DNA of 64,000 nt from Eutreptiella sp. 'Long Island Sound 2002' (GCA_964036045.1 OZ038378.1:30318001-30382000), one strand, 5' to 3'. Counted from the stretch's first letter, positions 11,451 through 24,802 are shown. Translations and numbers: made by a program. The notes: generated by a model not told the origin, from the sequence alone.

Positions 11451-13697
11451 AGGGCGAGGGGGGGGGGGGGATAGGGCACGCCATGACATCTCTGGGGGTT
11501 TGGCTAACCCTTGAAGGGACAAAACCGGCAAGGCCCGACATCCCTGCCAAACTTTAGGGGACAATACAATGGCATGACGTAACACCCCTGGGGATTCGGT
11601 CAACCCCTCGTGGGACCAAATGAGCTGGGCACAACAACCTTGGGGGTTTGCCTAACCCCTCTTGGAACAACACGATGATAGGACAGAGCAGCGTTGGGTC
11701 TCAAGGGACGGAATCAACTGGGCGCAACACAACATAGCCACCCTAGCCCTTGCGAGCACAGTGAGGAAGCACGGCATGCGCAAGGGGAGGGAGGGGGCTG
11801 CTGGGGGAGTTTGATTTCCGCAAGAAAAAGGACACACACACACACACACACACACATAAACACATAGCTCACAACCAAAAACATCACAATACACCAACCA
11901 ACCAATCCACTGATCCACCTACACACCCACCACAGATACCAGCACACAGCCGGAAGGTGAAGGTCAACATACCTGCAGATGGTTTAAGTACTCTTCATAC
12001 TTGTTATATGCGACGAAGGAAGCACATATAACACATATAAAGAACCTGCAAAAAGAAAAGGGCATACCCTTCCTAACCTCAACCGCTAGGGGAAGGGGAG
12101 GATAGAGGAAGGAGGAAGGAGGAACGGGTGTGGGAGGGGATGGGTGTGTAGAGGTGCCTTCACCCACGTCTTTGTATGTGTGGGGTGTGTGTGGGCGGGA
12201 GCCAAACCTGGTGAGCCAAGCAAACCACTGACCAACCAAGTGACTATGCTAGCCACTTACGAATGCACCAACACACCAACCACACTACCGCACAAAACGA
12301 GAGGGGAGGGGGCTTGTTGGATGTACTAAAACAGAAAATTTGCAATTTGTTGGAACCAACATGTTCTGGCAATAATTCAAACAATTGGCTTGAACGCCAC
12401 CGGACCATCGCCGGAACAACTTACTAGAACTCAACTAGAACAAAGGTTGCCAAAAGTCTGAAACCCATACATGTAGTGGGGGCAACCTCTAGCCCCCAAC
12501 AACAGATGTATAGGCACCAAACAACAAGAGTTGGCTGTAGGCGCATTCACAGGGGGAAAAAATAGCAGGACTGAAGTTTTCCCAACTTGGGAGCAGGATA
12601 CGTTCATACAAACCAAGAACAGTTGCCACTGTGGAGCATAATTGACCATAGCCGTACTGGAGATTCCCGTATCCCAAGCGATATGCGCATGGGTACGCAA
12701 ATAGCAAAAAGAAACACTAGGCACAGCAACGGGACACACTAGCGGAAAAAAAGCATATGTCCCAACCTTGGATAAATCGTGGAAATATTGATGTGGACAG
12801 GCAAAAAGAGCCACTGACAAAGATAGGTGACAAAAGTTTAGAATGCAATGACCTAGTGGAGGTTGGCCCTAGCCCCACATATCATTCAAGCAAGGCCCGA
12901 ATGACAAAAAGAAGCCGCTAACACGCTAAACAGGCAAGAAATAGTCAGAAAAGATCATTTGCACGTTTCGGAAATTATGGATTGTGTCTGTTTCATAGGC
13001 ACAGTGATCTATATAGATTAAACACAGATGCCAACATTTTGAAGTGCATACTCCCGGGGTAAGCTACCTTTGAACCTACATAGCATTTGTCGTGGCACCA
13101 ACTAGTAAAAAGAAGCGCGAGGCACAACAACCATACACAAGTGAAGCAGGAAAACCCAAATGTCACCCATGGAAAGTCATAGAACCATGACTTTGCACCA
13201 AGAATACCAACAGTGTTGAAGACGGGTGTCAAAAATTCAAAATGCATGCACCTAGTGGAAGTTGACCCTGATCCCACCGACGTGCAGCACACGATGTTGT
13301 TTCCCATGTTTGTTCTGCTCCCATGCCTTCCTTGGAGTCCATACCCCGTCTGCAGCCCCCTTCCTTAGCTCCACAACATGGCCGTGCCCGTCAACAACGA
13401 TATGCCGGGCATGTTGACCACCCTGTTGAGGGCAACATGAAACGTGCATGTTGTTGTGTACCATGCCATGCGTGCATGCCTGTGAATATGTGCATCATTT
13501 GTGCATTATAGCATGTCACGTGTTCATCGTGTATGCATCATTTCTGCATCATACCATGCCATCGCCGCGAGTGGCCTTTGCTAGGGGCTAGGAGCTAGGG
13601 ACTAGGTCTCAGGTTTGGGCGTTCGCTTGGGGCAAGGGGCTATGCAATCGCACACGGTGCGGGATTGTACATCATGTGTGCATCATGTGTGTGTCAC

Positions 13698-15924
13698 CCC
13701 TTGGTAGAGGTTTGAACATAACGGTTGTTCCGGCGAGAACATTCCAAATGGCAGCAATTTTGGTCCGGAACATTTCCTACCGGAACACCACCGGAGCAAT
13801 CAGAAGGGACCAAATAACCTCGGGATCGCCATAATTTTAGAACCTTGCAAATGATGTTTTCGGTCCTTTTCTTGCGTGTTGAGCGTGTACGGGGCTTGTC
13901 GGTGTCGTTACGCATGCAAGTATAGAAACACCCATTGCAGTACTTGCCCCAGGTGTTGGCACCTTAGTTCACAAAGGCCTCAAGGCGTCCATGGGCACTT
14001 TGTATGGTCTCCTTTTTCTTGCCACCACCCCGGGCAGTGTGCTTGTCAAAGGCCGGCTTTGGGAACCTCTTCATGCTCTCAACGATGTCGTTGGAGAACA
14101 TTGCCATGCCGAAAGGCTATATGTCTTAGAACAAGTGGTCTGCATCCTCCTCCAAAAAACGGAGCGATGTTCATGCAACGTGGCCTAGTTCAGCGCGTGA
14201 GTTGCTTGATCACCGTGGGCAAGCCGGTCATTGGCCAACCGTTCGATGTTTGCAATTTGTAGCCGCCCAAGTGCCATGCAGCAATGTAAAATGCACATGC
14301 AACCCTGCATCGCGCGATGACCACCACCGGGCCCACCGAGCAGCACGCTGCTTTAAGGGACGGCTTACCTAACAAGACGGCTTTGCACTCCTCATGATCC
14401 GACTTGGTCATGCGGACCACATGTTTGCCCGGCCAAACGCGGCACTAAAGTCTCAAATGGCCTCATTGTCCAGCGACCCAACTTGTGGGGCCGGTGAAAT
14501 CCGAACGATGCAACACACGCAAGGGGAGTCGCCACACACCAAAACATCGGCCGGGTGATCACGGGGGTCGTAGACCACCCGTTTGGTGTCGACAACTAGC
14601 TAGATTGCTTGAAAAAACAAGGGCAAATCATTGGAACCTAATTGTTCCAATGGGCGTTCAAATAAATGGCCCAAACACCGTCGGAACAACACATTTGAAC
14701 ATCGCCGGAACAATTGTCGGTGCACAAGACGCGGCTCGATGTGGGCTTTCCAAATGGTAGCCAAGGTGGCCATTTTGCTTGTCCCCGTAGATGGTGAGCG
14801 TGATGACCCATACACATGCAAGAATGCATCCTAGAGGCCCATGTTGACGATGGAGATACTCCATTGGGACCACTCCCCACCAGCGCATGGATAGCCATCC
14901 AACCTGAAAACGAATGACAAGGGGACAGACCAATGAATCATGCGGCACACCGGGGGCTCGCTCGCATTGTAGTGCAGCCACGATGCCCACGTCCAGCTTG
15001 TGGCCTTCAGCTCGGATATGCTCACCGGGGGTTGCAGCTCTCGAGCAGGGCCACCAGCTCATGTCATCACTGCTAAAAAGCCCTCGTGCGGCGAATTGGG
15101 CGAGCAAGGAGCAACCCGGTAGCCGCCGTATACTTCAACTCACGGAGGGTGTACACCTCGGAAAGGGTACGCCATGCTGATTGGGGCGCACGTAGGTTGA
15201 AGATTAGCTCGCCACACTCATCTCGGGGAAGGACCTTGGAGGCGTACTTAGTGATTGCCTCTTGTTGCACCTCCCGAACACAACCACGTTGGGCCAAACA
15301 CCCGGCCACATCAAATTTGCGCCGAGCGTGTGGGGCGGAGACGGCCCATTCCGCTAGAAAGCTCCCAAACACGATGCCCGTCTTGAAGGGTTCCCGCACC
15401 CGCCAAATGCATGAGGTGGGCGGTTACTTCCTTGACTGCAGTCTGTTTCGCAGGCCTGGTGATCTATGAAAAATGAACCCGGACGACCATAACCCGAGTG
15501 GAAGTTTTCTTTGGACGGACGTAGCATTTGTACAAAGGAACAACACTAAAAAGTAGCACCAGACACGGCAAGAAGGCCGTAACTAGAAGGGTCATGCCTC
15601 ACCGTTGGAAATACATAGAATCATTGCGTTGAACATTAAATAACCGCCTTGTGCAAGACGGACGACAAAAGTTCGAAATGGGTACCACTAGGGTACAGTG
15701 GGACCAATGCCACACAACATGCTAGCAAGCCCCTAGTGACAAATGTAGGCCCTAGATACACTCAAGACGCAAAAAAAGGACCAATAGCATCATTTGCAAA
15801 CTTCGGAACTGATGTGGTGCTTGCAGCTTGTTCCGGTGGTGTTCCCGTAGGAAATGTTCCACACCAAAATGATTCCCACTTATTGTCACCGGAACAACAT
15901 TTATGTCCAAACTTGTAGCAAGGG
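13698..15924 (-). mobile_element. TIR DNA transposon (~110-bp diverged TIRs starting CCCTTG) with a decayed transposase
   Basis: 13698-~13810 (cccttggtagaggtttgaacata...ttgttccgg...ggaacatttcctaccggaacaccaccgga) is the reverse complement of ~15820-15924 with scattered mismatches. No TSD recognisable. Confidence 0.7.
13830..15510 (-). pseudogene. Decayed DDE transposase, Transib/RAG1-like by motif order
   Basis: Across frameshifts: ECGELIFNLRAPQSAWRTL...AATGLLLARPIRR; PLVIRFQ(x)DG (~14900); VLVCGDSP (~14530); FTLLHG (~14280); FFGGGCRPLV (~14140); FLYLHA*RH...NTQEKDRKH (~13915-13865). Confidence 0.5.
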
Positions 15925-16049
15925 CAAGGTCGAGGCTCTCTACAGTTTCATGGTCTCTTGTGGTGTGGCATTCCCCCATGGTTGTAGGACATCGTTGTCG
16001 GAAACGGTGAGCTTGTGCGTGCGATTGCTGCAGGGTTGGATCGGCAGAT

Positions 16050-17319
16050 TTGTGCACCCTTGGATGCTCACCAAATCATGAATCCACCGTCGTCGGTCAC
16101 GCTAAGCCGCCGCACGTTCTAACCTTGTCCGCAACTGCCTGCACAAACGCACTACTTGCTCTGACCGAAACTGATTTTCAGGATCCTGATTTTGAAGCCG
16201 TACCAGCTGCCGGAAGGACTGCTTCACCGAGCTCCCCAACAAACCCCCCTCTTCCAAGAACGCTGCTGCTCCTGACACCAAACGGTGCACTATGCTCTCC
16301 CGCACCAAAATATCCAGGTGCGTGCGGCCCACTTGCGGTTATCTCTGTCGCCACTTCTCCCCCACCCGGCTCACCGCTGCGTGGGCGGGCTCCCACAACT
16401 GTTCCACCTGCAGTGCGGAGTCCCGTATGTCCACCAAGACTGAGGGCTTTGCTTGCGATCCCTCCTGTCAAGACAGCATGTCCACCGAAAAACCATACCT
16501 GGGCGGCAGGCCAGGCTCCTCACGGGCCTGTCTAAACCACCACCGCCAAAGAATCGGATGAAATGCACACTATGTAAACTGAACGAACAAAACTCAAGAA
16601 CTCCGAGGAGAGGTGGACCCTGTCGATCCTCCTCTGCAAAGCGGGAAAGGGAAACCCGCTCACCGAATCATCGCGATGTTCCCCATGCAAATGCACCCAC
16701 ACATCGTCCACCGCCCAATCCGCCAACGCCAGCACCTCACGTTCCCTGGCTTTGACGGTTTCTCGGTAACTCCTTTGGAATGTCCGCTGAGTCCACACTT
16801 GGAACCATTATGCTGTTGTGGTCAATCAGCGTCAGCAATGGTTGCCCTGCCACATGCTGGGACTTCTCGTGCATGGTTTCCCATTGTTTCATGCGCGCCA
16901 CCGGTTCACATTCCATGTGGCCCACCAAGACCCGCAAGGACGCCCCGTCAGCATGACGTTGTAAAGCCATCAAGAGCCGCGGAGAGATTGTTTCCGATAG
17001 GTCTAGAGACCAGGACTCTGTTTTCCATACCAGAGCCGAAGACCCTCGGGCTGTACCCGCCTGAGGCGGCACCAGCATGTCGCAACCTTGTCGTTGCAGC
17101 CACCGGCGCTGACCCCGCACCACTGCCGAATCTTTAAAGTGGGTGTCCTGTAGCCCCGCCAGATCTACGTTGTGGCGCCAAAGGCATCGGAGGATTTGAT
17201 GTTTGCACTGCACGGAGGTGGCCTTCGCCGATGTCGATTGATGTTGTGACTCCGCTCTTGGTCGCGCAAACCAACCTTTCACATTCATGGTTGCAAAAGC
17301 CATCCTTCTTGACGGCCAT
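16050..17319 (-). mobile_element. LINE fragment: APE endonuclease plus start of linker
   Basis: FATMNVKG, LQDTH, LIDHNS, RRIDRVHL and SDS motifs. Similar to the APE at 3700-4564 (REREVLAL..DVWVHLH vs REQEVTAL..DVWVDIH). Confidence 0.85.
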
Positions 17320-20300
17320 TTAGTCAGCAGCTCGAAGGCTAACTGGGGTGAGAAATCGAAAAAGATTTAGCGGTGGCAATGAGAGCTCACAGAGCGAGCA
17401 AAAAAAAGACAGAACCAGACTAGATTCACACCACAATCAACCCCCCCAACTCACAACGAGACTAATATGCATCGGTCTCAGTCACCACATTGAGTTGGTA
17501 AACCATCTCACCTCTCAACAGAGCTCGTGCAAGCCCTTTTCTAACCTCAGTGGTGATTGCTTATGCCCCATGACACATTGAGTGTATGTCGGTTTTCTCC
17601 CTATCCTACGGAGGTGAGCTGACATCCGGGGAGGGCATAGGTGTGCAGAGGTTCCACATCTTGCCGCGTCCAGTTCCATGTTGACCGCCAAAAAAAAATA
17701 GAACTGGTGGATGATACACTACCGATTTGTGTCACCACAGATGCATGGGAAAATGCATGAAAAATGGAATCCACACATCATGAACACACAACACAAACAC
17801 ATGGCAAAAACATTACTTCAGGAGAGGTGTATGCCTTCCATGGACAGTGACAGTGAAAAGGACTCTCTGCATCGCTTCTTGAACCTGGACCACTTGACCC
17901 TGATTCCTGAAGATGCTCACCATGCTGTGCTGGAACAGCAGCGCTCTTCCGCAACGGCTTGCACAGTCCTTGATTGCAAGATAGTTGACAAGCAACAGTG
18001 AACGTGTTCGCCTTTTGAGGAGGGAATCCTCCACTGGATAGGTGGGTTGGAGATTTCAAAAAAACTTGCGAAAGGTGGGCAGCCTGGTCAGGAAACTTTT
18101 GTACAGCGTGAGAGTGGGCAGTTGCAGCACGATGATGCACACAGCCCCCTTTAACCACTGCACAGCCAGCTTTGATTTGGCAGGGGCTCCCAAGGTCCTG
18201 CCACATGGAGTGGAGATTGGGGGCAGGGGCGAAGGTGGCAATGTGGAGATGGAGAAAGGGAGGGAGGGAGGGAGGGAGGGAGGGAGGGAGGGAGGGAGGG
18301 GGTAAAAGAGGGAGTTGCTGAGAGATGAGGTACAACAGCGTTTCAAGGACGAAACTTGCTACTGGCACTGGCGCAGAGGTTGGGAAAACCAACAGATCAT
18401 GGATTGACACCCAGGGCATCATCATTCAGGGAGGGCATGCGTGGGAGATTGAGGGGTACTTCGCCCTCTCCTTGTGCAATGCCCAGCAATGTTTCATGTG
18501 AATGCCGCGCCTAGGGCCCAGTGGGTGGTTGTTCAATTCGTTGTTAGACAAGGCCAGGAAGTACATAGAAAACCCGAAAAAAGCGACGTTGTGGGGAAAC
18601 TGTGCGAATTTTCTCCGGCGCATTGTGCTGCACCTCCACACTGCTCACCTGCATAAAACACAGAAACAGCTCTCCACGGTGAAAATTGCAACGAACAGGC
18701 TCAAACAGGCCAAGAAGAGTGACAACAACAAGGTCACCAGTGGACTGCCGACTGGTCTTGTACACAATAAGAGGGGGAATCCTTGCACTGCGCACGCACT
18801 GTGCGCTACATTTACACTATGTTCCCCCCCGAAGAGCCCCCAGGCATGCCCCTTTGAAACACCCTTAGAATTTAGGCGACGCAAACTTGGCTGGAGGGGA
18901 CCTTGAGGGGGACCTTCCCGGTTCTTGTGGCAGTGGTGAAGGACTACGGGCCTTTGGGGGGGAACTTGACTGTGTGGGCGGCGGAGTTGGGGGGCAGTGA
19001 GGTGGCAAATCTGAACTTGGGATGGCAAAGGAGATGGACTCCTTCTTGCATTGCCGATTCACCACTCTCAACCATCTTGGTAGTATTGGAGGAGTCCATC
19101 TTCAGCCGTCCCAACCACCGTGGCAGGAGGAGGCCATTGGAACGGGTGTAGAACACCCTATCCCCAATACTGAGATCCATGGAGAAAGTGGGCCTGAGAA
19201 ATGAGGAGGGAAGTATGATGTCCTGTAGCAGGCACCCTGAAAGTGTATCACCATATCAATCAACCGAGAAAATGAGTAGATGTGGTGGAAATGAATAAAA
19301 AATGTGTGCAAAAAGGTAGAAATAGGTGAAACAGGGTGAACATCCAAAAATACCATTTCCCCAATGCATCAAAACCTACTACCAAAAAACAATGATGCCC
19401 AAAGTTCCACAAAGTATGGGTTTCTACTACGGCTAGACGCCAAAATAGTTGCACTGCGCATAAGGCGCCCCCAGAGGTATGTGCTGCAGATATCATTGCA
19501 TATGCACCACCTCTTCAGCGAATGCCCTCCAATTTCTTTTTTAGGTGGGGGATTCCGGACATGGCAAGCTGGCGAAGCCCGCTCACCAGAAGGCACTCGA
19601 GAAATCTCTCGGAATCAAGGATCAGAGCTGTCCGATGCTACGATTGTCCCACAAAGCGATGTGGTAGCGGACATGACACACAGTGAGGACAAGCTGATTC
19701 TGGTACCAGGAATTGCAGTGGGAACTGCCACGCCAGTAGGCATCCCAGTGTGCTTCTGGAGCACCAGAAAGATTGAAGGCTGAGTTAAAACAGCGGTGTG
19801 CCATGCACAGAGAAAGCAAAACCGAGGACATACCCTGCACCACACATTGCATTCCATAGGCCCCAAAAGAGCATCCAAATCACAATCTGCATGTCACAAT
19901 TGTGGTCTCATATGTCACTTTGATCACAAATGTGCCATTACATGGCAAAAGAATGTAGCATGGCAAAAAGCACTGCGCTACCGGGAGGTTGGTTTTTCGG
20001 CAAGGCGGTGGTTGTGCAGGTGGAGGGGGAGCGGGATGTTGTTCTGAGGGATATCTTAGCCTGCTGTGGGCCCTGTCGCTTCAACATATCGAATGTATTG
20101 AAAGAACTTTGTCCCAAGCTCAATGTCGTACTGCTGGTGCCTTAAAGGGTGAGGCCCAGATGGTCGCGTGCAGTGATCGCTTCGCGGAGGATCTCCAATG
20201 CCATGTGGGGTGGTTGACTCTGGTGGTGGGAGGGCTGCAGGGTATGTGTGTAGCGCGAGGAAGCGAAAAGCGTCTGCTCCAGGCGGGCCTGCCTTCACAC

Positions 20301-20352
20301 AGCCTGCACTGCATTCTCAGTTCTCAATTCATGGTGTCCCAGTCACTGGCCA
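16537..20352 (+). repeat. Local segmental duplication, copy A
   Basis: Near-identical to 24787-30249 once the 26580-28214 interruption is removed. Identical ORF translations in the track (e.g. 16737..17303 vs 24987..25553). Confidence 0.95.
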
Positions 20353-22242
20353 ATTCATAGTCACTGTGACTCACACTTGTACCCCACAGACGTTTGTGTC
20401 CCAACTGAAATGAGAATAGTATCAAGGTGCCACAGTATGCCCTTGGTGACGACTGCTTGGATGGAAGGGATGGTTTGTTTTTTGATTCGGCGGGGGAGAA
20501 ATCAATTCATCGTGCGCTGAAACAACCAGTAACAACATGCAGAACAGCGTCCACACACTTGCCTTGCATACCAGGCCTGCTTTCAGCAATTCCAGCAAAA
20601 CACAACCTGCAGACCGTGCAACTGTAAAAAACCTACATTGTCAGGAAGGCCCCAGCATGGGACCACCCCTTCTCTATGCTACACTGTTCGCCATCTGCAG
20701 CCTGCAGCCCATGCTGGCAATGCTGACTACATCAGTGCTGAATTGAAACTTGTACTACAGATACACAAACTTTCTGAGTGCCACTCATTGGGCCATGTCC
20801 AGTCTGTTCATCCGAGTCCCACCCTTGTCCAATGCATTCACCAGCCAGTCATCGGCGCAACAAGACCAATTGCATGTGGTGGACAGGTACAAGCCTTTGA
20901 GGGGAGGGGGGCATGTGCAACTAACGGAAATATTTTGCTCAGGCAGTGGTTGTTCGCATACTTTTCTCATTGTTGAACGCAACATAGTGTTCCACTGAGC
21001 ATTCGCATGTGCGAGCGCTTCGCCATTCAATGGTGGAGACACGCACATGCCCTCTTCTCCCGGCCAGGGCAAACTGAGTGTTCTGCATGATGGATAAACG
21101 CATGGCGTTGGACAAGAATGCACTTGTACCACGATACACCAATGCTATTGCCATGTACAACAACCAGAACCCCGGGACAACATCAAAATCCACCCCTTTG
21201 TTGGGTTTCATAATTTCAATCAAGAACTCAAGGTGACAGGTCCCTTGCCCACCCCCCCAGGGGAAAATCAAAGCTGAAAGCTAATTTGTTGGGGCCTTGC
21301 CGTGCAGTGCCATTGCCGAGACGTCGTGTCCATTTCGTACGAAATGACAGAATTCAAAGACCACAACTCCTCCGTACTCCCCGCCAACACCGTCCCTCTG
21401 ACCATTCAGGGTGCTCAACCACCCTCCAGAAATGCCGTTGACAAGAAGCCCATACCCAAAACCTTTGTGCCTGACCAGTTTTATAAAAATGTGGCACGTG
21501 GTTGCAGACTGCAAGCGCCGGACAAATGGTGGGAGACAATACTCTATCCACTAAACTCCCACAGAGGGGGCTTAAGCCTGGGAGGCAGTCTACTTTCCGA
21601 CAACACAAGTCCAAGCACACCAATGAGAAGCTCGAGAAAGCTGGCGAGTCAACACGAGACAGCATTGAAGAGGGTGTGTCCAGCAATTGGTGTTGGTTGC
21701 GAAATAGGCTCACTGATCAAGGTGTTTGGGGGGAGGGGGGGGGGCGTCCCCCCACTTGAATTCCTTGCACAGGAGTGAATGTTGCAGCAACCTGCGCACC
21801 CGGAGCTGAGCCTCTTCCGCTGCAGGGAGTCAGTCTCATGCGTTCACCCCCGTCGCGATGCTGCACCGGAAGGCAGGGAGGGGCAGAACAGGGTGGCTCT
21901 GACCCGCTCCTTCACCGACCCTTCTGCCGGTGGCAAGAGGCAAAACAAACGATTGGCGCCCTGGAGATGCCATGCGCTGTGGAAATTAGACAACTTCAAG
22001 CGGACCTACCGCTGGCATCAGTGGTACGTCCGCTACATCCAGTGTGATTGCATCACTGAATGTAGCTGGTTCCTACTCAGCTCTGGTTCTGACAAAAACA
22101 GATCCTACTAAGTACCAAGCGGCATGGGGCTAGTTCCTAAAATGAATGAATGAAAGTAATGAAATAAATTCCGAAGTGAAACTCGCTTCCCCAGCCGGAC
22201 ACCAGTCGCAGGTCTGACCAAGACTCAACGTATTCCTAGGCA

Positions 22243-23098
22243 GGGGGGGGGGGGGGGGGGAATTGCGGTCTTCCAAGCCTGAAAAAATTGCGGTAAAATT
22301 GCGGAAAATTGCGGTAAATTGCGGTAAAATTGTGGTAAAAATTGCGGTACGTTTCTTCCTGGTCCCCACACTCTATGCCAGCCATGAGCAGCAGTGGACC
22401 ACAAGATTTTTTGCAAAAAGGTTTTTTGACCAATTACGCACCGAATTGGCAATTTCAGCACATCGCATGCACAATGCACCAAAGCCTTCAGCACAAGCAT
22501 CTAGTCCAACCGTCCTTCCACGTCACCATTATAATGGGCCATGAAAGCCACACGACGGGCATTGTCGCTCATTGAATGCCTCTGGTCCGTGCCAGTATAT
22601 TTGCAAAATGAAATGCTGCCATTCCTCTTGAGCCCCAGGAATTGTATGCAGCTTTAGCGATGGGTAATCTGCCAAAGAATGCGAAAGGTCACAGAGAGCC
22701 TGCGTGGGTTCAGCACACGAAGCTCCTTAAAGAATTGCACTTGATCGGCCTCCTTTTCCATGCCGTTGATGAGTGCAGTGTGCAAACGCTTCACTGCTTC
22801 TCGAAGGAGACATCGGAAACCATCAGAATTGGCAGATTGCTGAAGTGCAAACTCAAGCCAAGGGGAAAATTTTGTTAACTCAGGGCGGACAAGATCTGCG
22901 CGAAACTTCAAAATGGAGCGCCACTCCAGGACAGATGAGAACACAGAAACGCACAGTGTGCCTAGTGACAGCAAAGAGAGAGAGATTTTTCCTCAGGGGA
23001 AAATTGAAATTTTTGAATAGAGGCATTGCTGAAAAATTGCGAAAAATGGCGGTAAATTGCGGTAAATTGCGGACCTCAATCCCCCCCCCCCCCCCCTA
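22243..23098 (-). mobile_element. Internally deleted hAT-like element
   Basis: Poly-G/poly-C TIRs (G-run aattgcggtc vs reverse complement G-run attgaggtcc). Subterminal AATTGCGGTAA arrays at both ends. Flanking CCTAGGCA/GCTAGGCA (7 of 8 match). Internal fragments ...FFKELRVLNPRRL and CACDVLKLPIRCVIGQKTF resemble the hAT C-terminal (LDPR and dimerisation) motifs. Confidence 0.55.
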
Positions 23099-23613
23099 GC
23101 TAGGCAAACGGTAACTGATAATAAGCACACGCCGGCACACGATGACACGGAGCAAACCACATGAGCGTGTGCCCGAGGGAAGCCTTTTTGCCACCATGTC
23201 CTGTGGTGGCAAGACCGTGGACACATACGGCATCATGGCGAACGTCTTCAAGCCACTTCGCCCCAGGGTATTGCATCGCAATCCAGAATTGCCTCCTAGC
23301 GTGCGGCAAGGTGGTGATCCAACGGCTGAGCTGGTGCCCGACCAAGTCTCCATCAGACAACTGGTGTGCTCTAACAATGCGAGAATCTTTCGACCCCAAA
23401 AAAAAAATTGGCGAAGAAATCCCAACAAATTGGCGGAACAAACCGGCGGACTGATTTTTCAGAAAAACAGCTTCCCAGTGACCTCGATCTTGGTCCCAGG
23501 CCCCAAATGCACCTTCCTTTTGGTTGCTGTGTAGCCAGAGTCATGAGGAAACCCAAAATGTCTCTCGATTGTCAAAAAATGCTTTTCATCCCTCGGTTTG
23601 TACATGGTCCTTG

Positions 23614-23930
23614 AGAGGGCGCTGAAATGCACCGTGCGCTGCACCGCGCGCGTCAGAGTATGCAACACTTTAGTGCAATGTGCACCCTTTCGGAGGGTAG
23701 GCAGGGACGCGGAGAAAATACATTGAAATGGGAAACTTTTGTGCATGCATCATCACCACTTCCCCCCAGATAATGCCCCCAAAGCGTGTTTTAGCCATAC
23801 ACACCAATAGCATCACCCAACCATTGCATACAGTGCACACTGGCCACATTTCAGCAACTTTTAGTGTGAGCATACATTGTATGTGCCAGGCTGACGTTGC
23901 ACCGCGCGCACCGCGCGGTCAGCACCCTCT
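23614..23930. mobile_element. Possible MITE
   Basis: 12-bp inverted ends AGAGGGCGCTGA / TCAGCACCCTCT with internal GCACCGCGCGC repeats at both ends. No TSD seen. Confidence 0.35.
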
Positions 23931-24802
23931 GAGCAGTGGTATGCCAGCTGCGGTCATTGCTCTAGTCGCATATGCACTCAGTTAGCAGGCTAAGAGTGTT
24001 GGTTCAGTTCCCACTGTAACAAATTTTGTCACCTGTCCTGAGGTAGTCAATCTGATGAGAAAATTGGTTTTCTATGCGCAAACAAAGCCTGCCTGAAGAA
24101 GACAAATGCACACAGGCTGCCCATTGCAACATCACTGGCCTTGGAGTGGTCAATTTGATGGGAATTGCTTTTTCATGCACAAACAAAGGTACCACAAGAA
24201 GTCAAATGCACACAGGAAGCCCATATAAAAGGGCATAAATTATCCAGTGTCCCAGAGTAAATGATGCACATCTTAGAGTGACATCTTCTGCCAGTGAAGC
24301 ACGAGTCAGGCGTCCCAGAATCCCAGAAACCCCAACAAATCAGCAGAACGAATCAGCAAAATCCCAGAAACGCGACGAATCGGCAGAGCTAATCTGCAAA
24401 ATTCAGAAACCCAAGAAATCGGCAGAACAACCTGGTCGAATTTGGTCGTCGATTTGGGGGGCTTGATCTTTGTGTTTCTTGATGCGCCAATAAAAAAGAT
24501 TTTCAGCTCATCTTGGGGGCAAAACACTGAAAACAACTGGAACAACAGATTTTGTTGTTCGGAACAGGGGGATGATTGTGCACGCCGTGAAAAGAAACTA
24601 GCAGCAAAGCAATGCCTTATTGAGGCCCAACAGCCATGTCATTGGAGTGCAATCACAGTCGTATACCGAAGAGAGGGGCAAAAACTGGCAGCAGACAATC
24701 CGCATCCCTGAAATACCATCCCCAGCCCCGAATCACAGGAAAACTTTGAGCTGCACAACCAACGAGAAAAATAAATTTCACAAATTCCACCACCGCCAAA
24801 GA

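Noticed and set aside
17320-17380. Decayed SL relic upstream of the APE fragment (aaatctttttcg)
   Set aside because: Only the low-complexity T-run plus CG matches. It reads equally well as a pyrimidine tract before an AG.
20769-20780. 12-nt match to the SL 5' end (ACTTTCTGAGTG) on the plus strand
   Set aside because: The match stops before TCTATTTTTTTTCG, lies inside a coding-like stretch, and has no adjacent start or element. Chance cannot be excluded.
23100-23320. 2OG-Fe(II) oxygenase-like fragment (RHD...GG...LMWF..CHRV)
   Set aside because: Too short, motif spacing unconvincing, and no sensible continuation across the hAT-like insertion.
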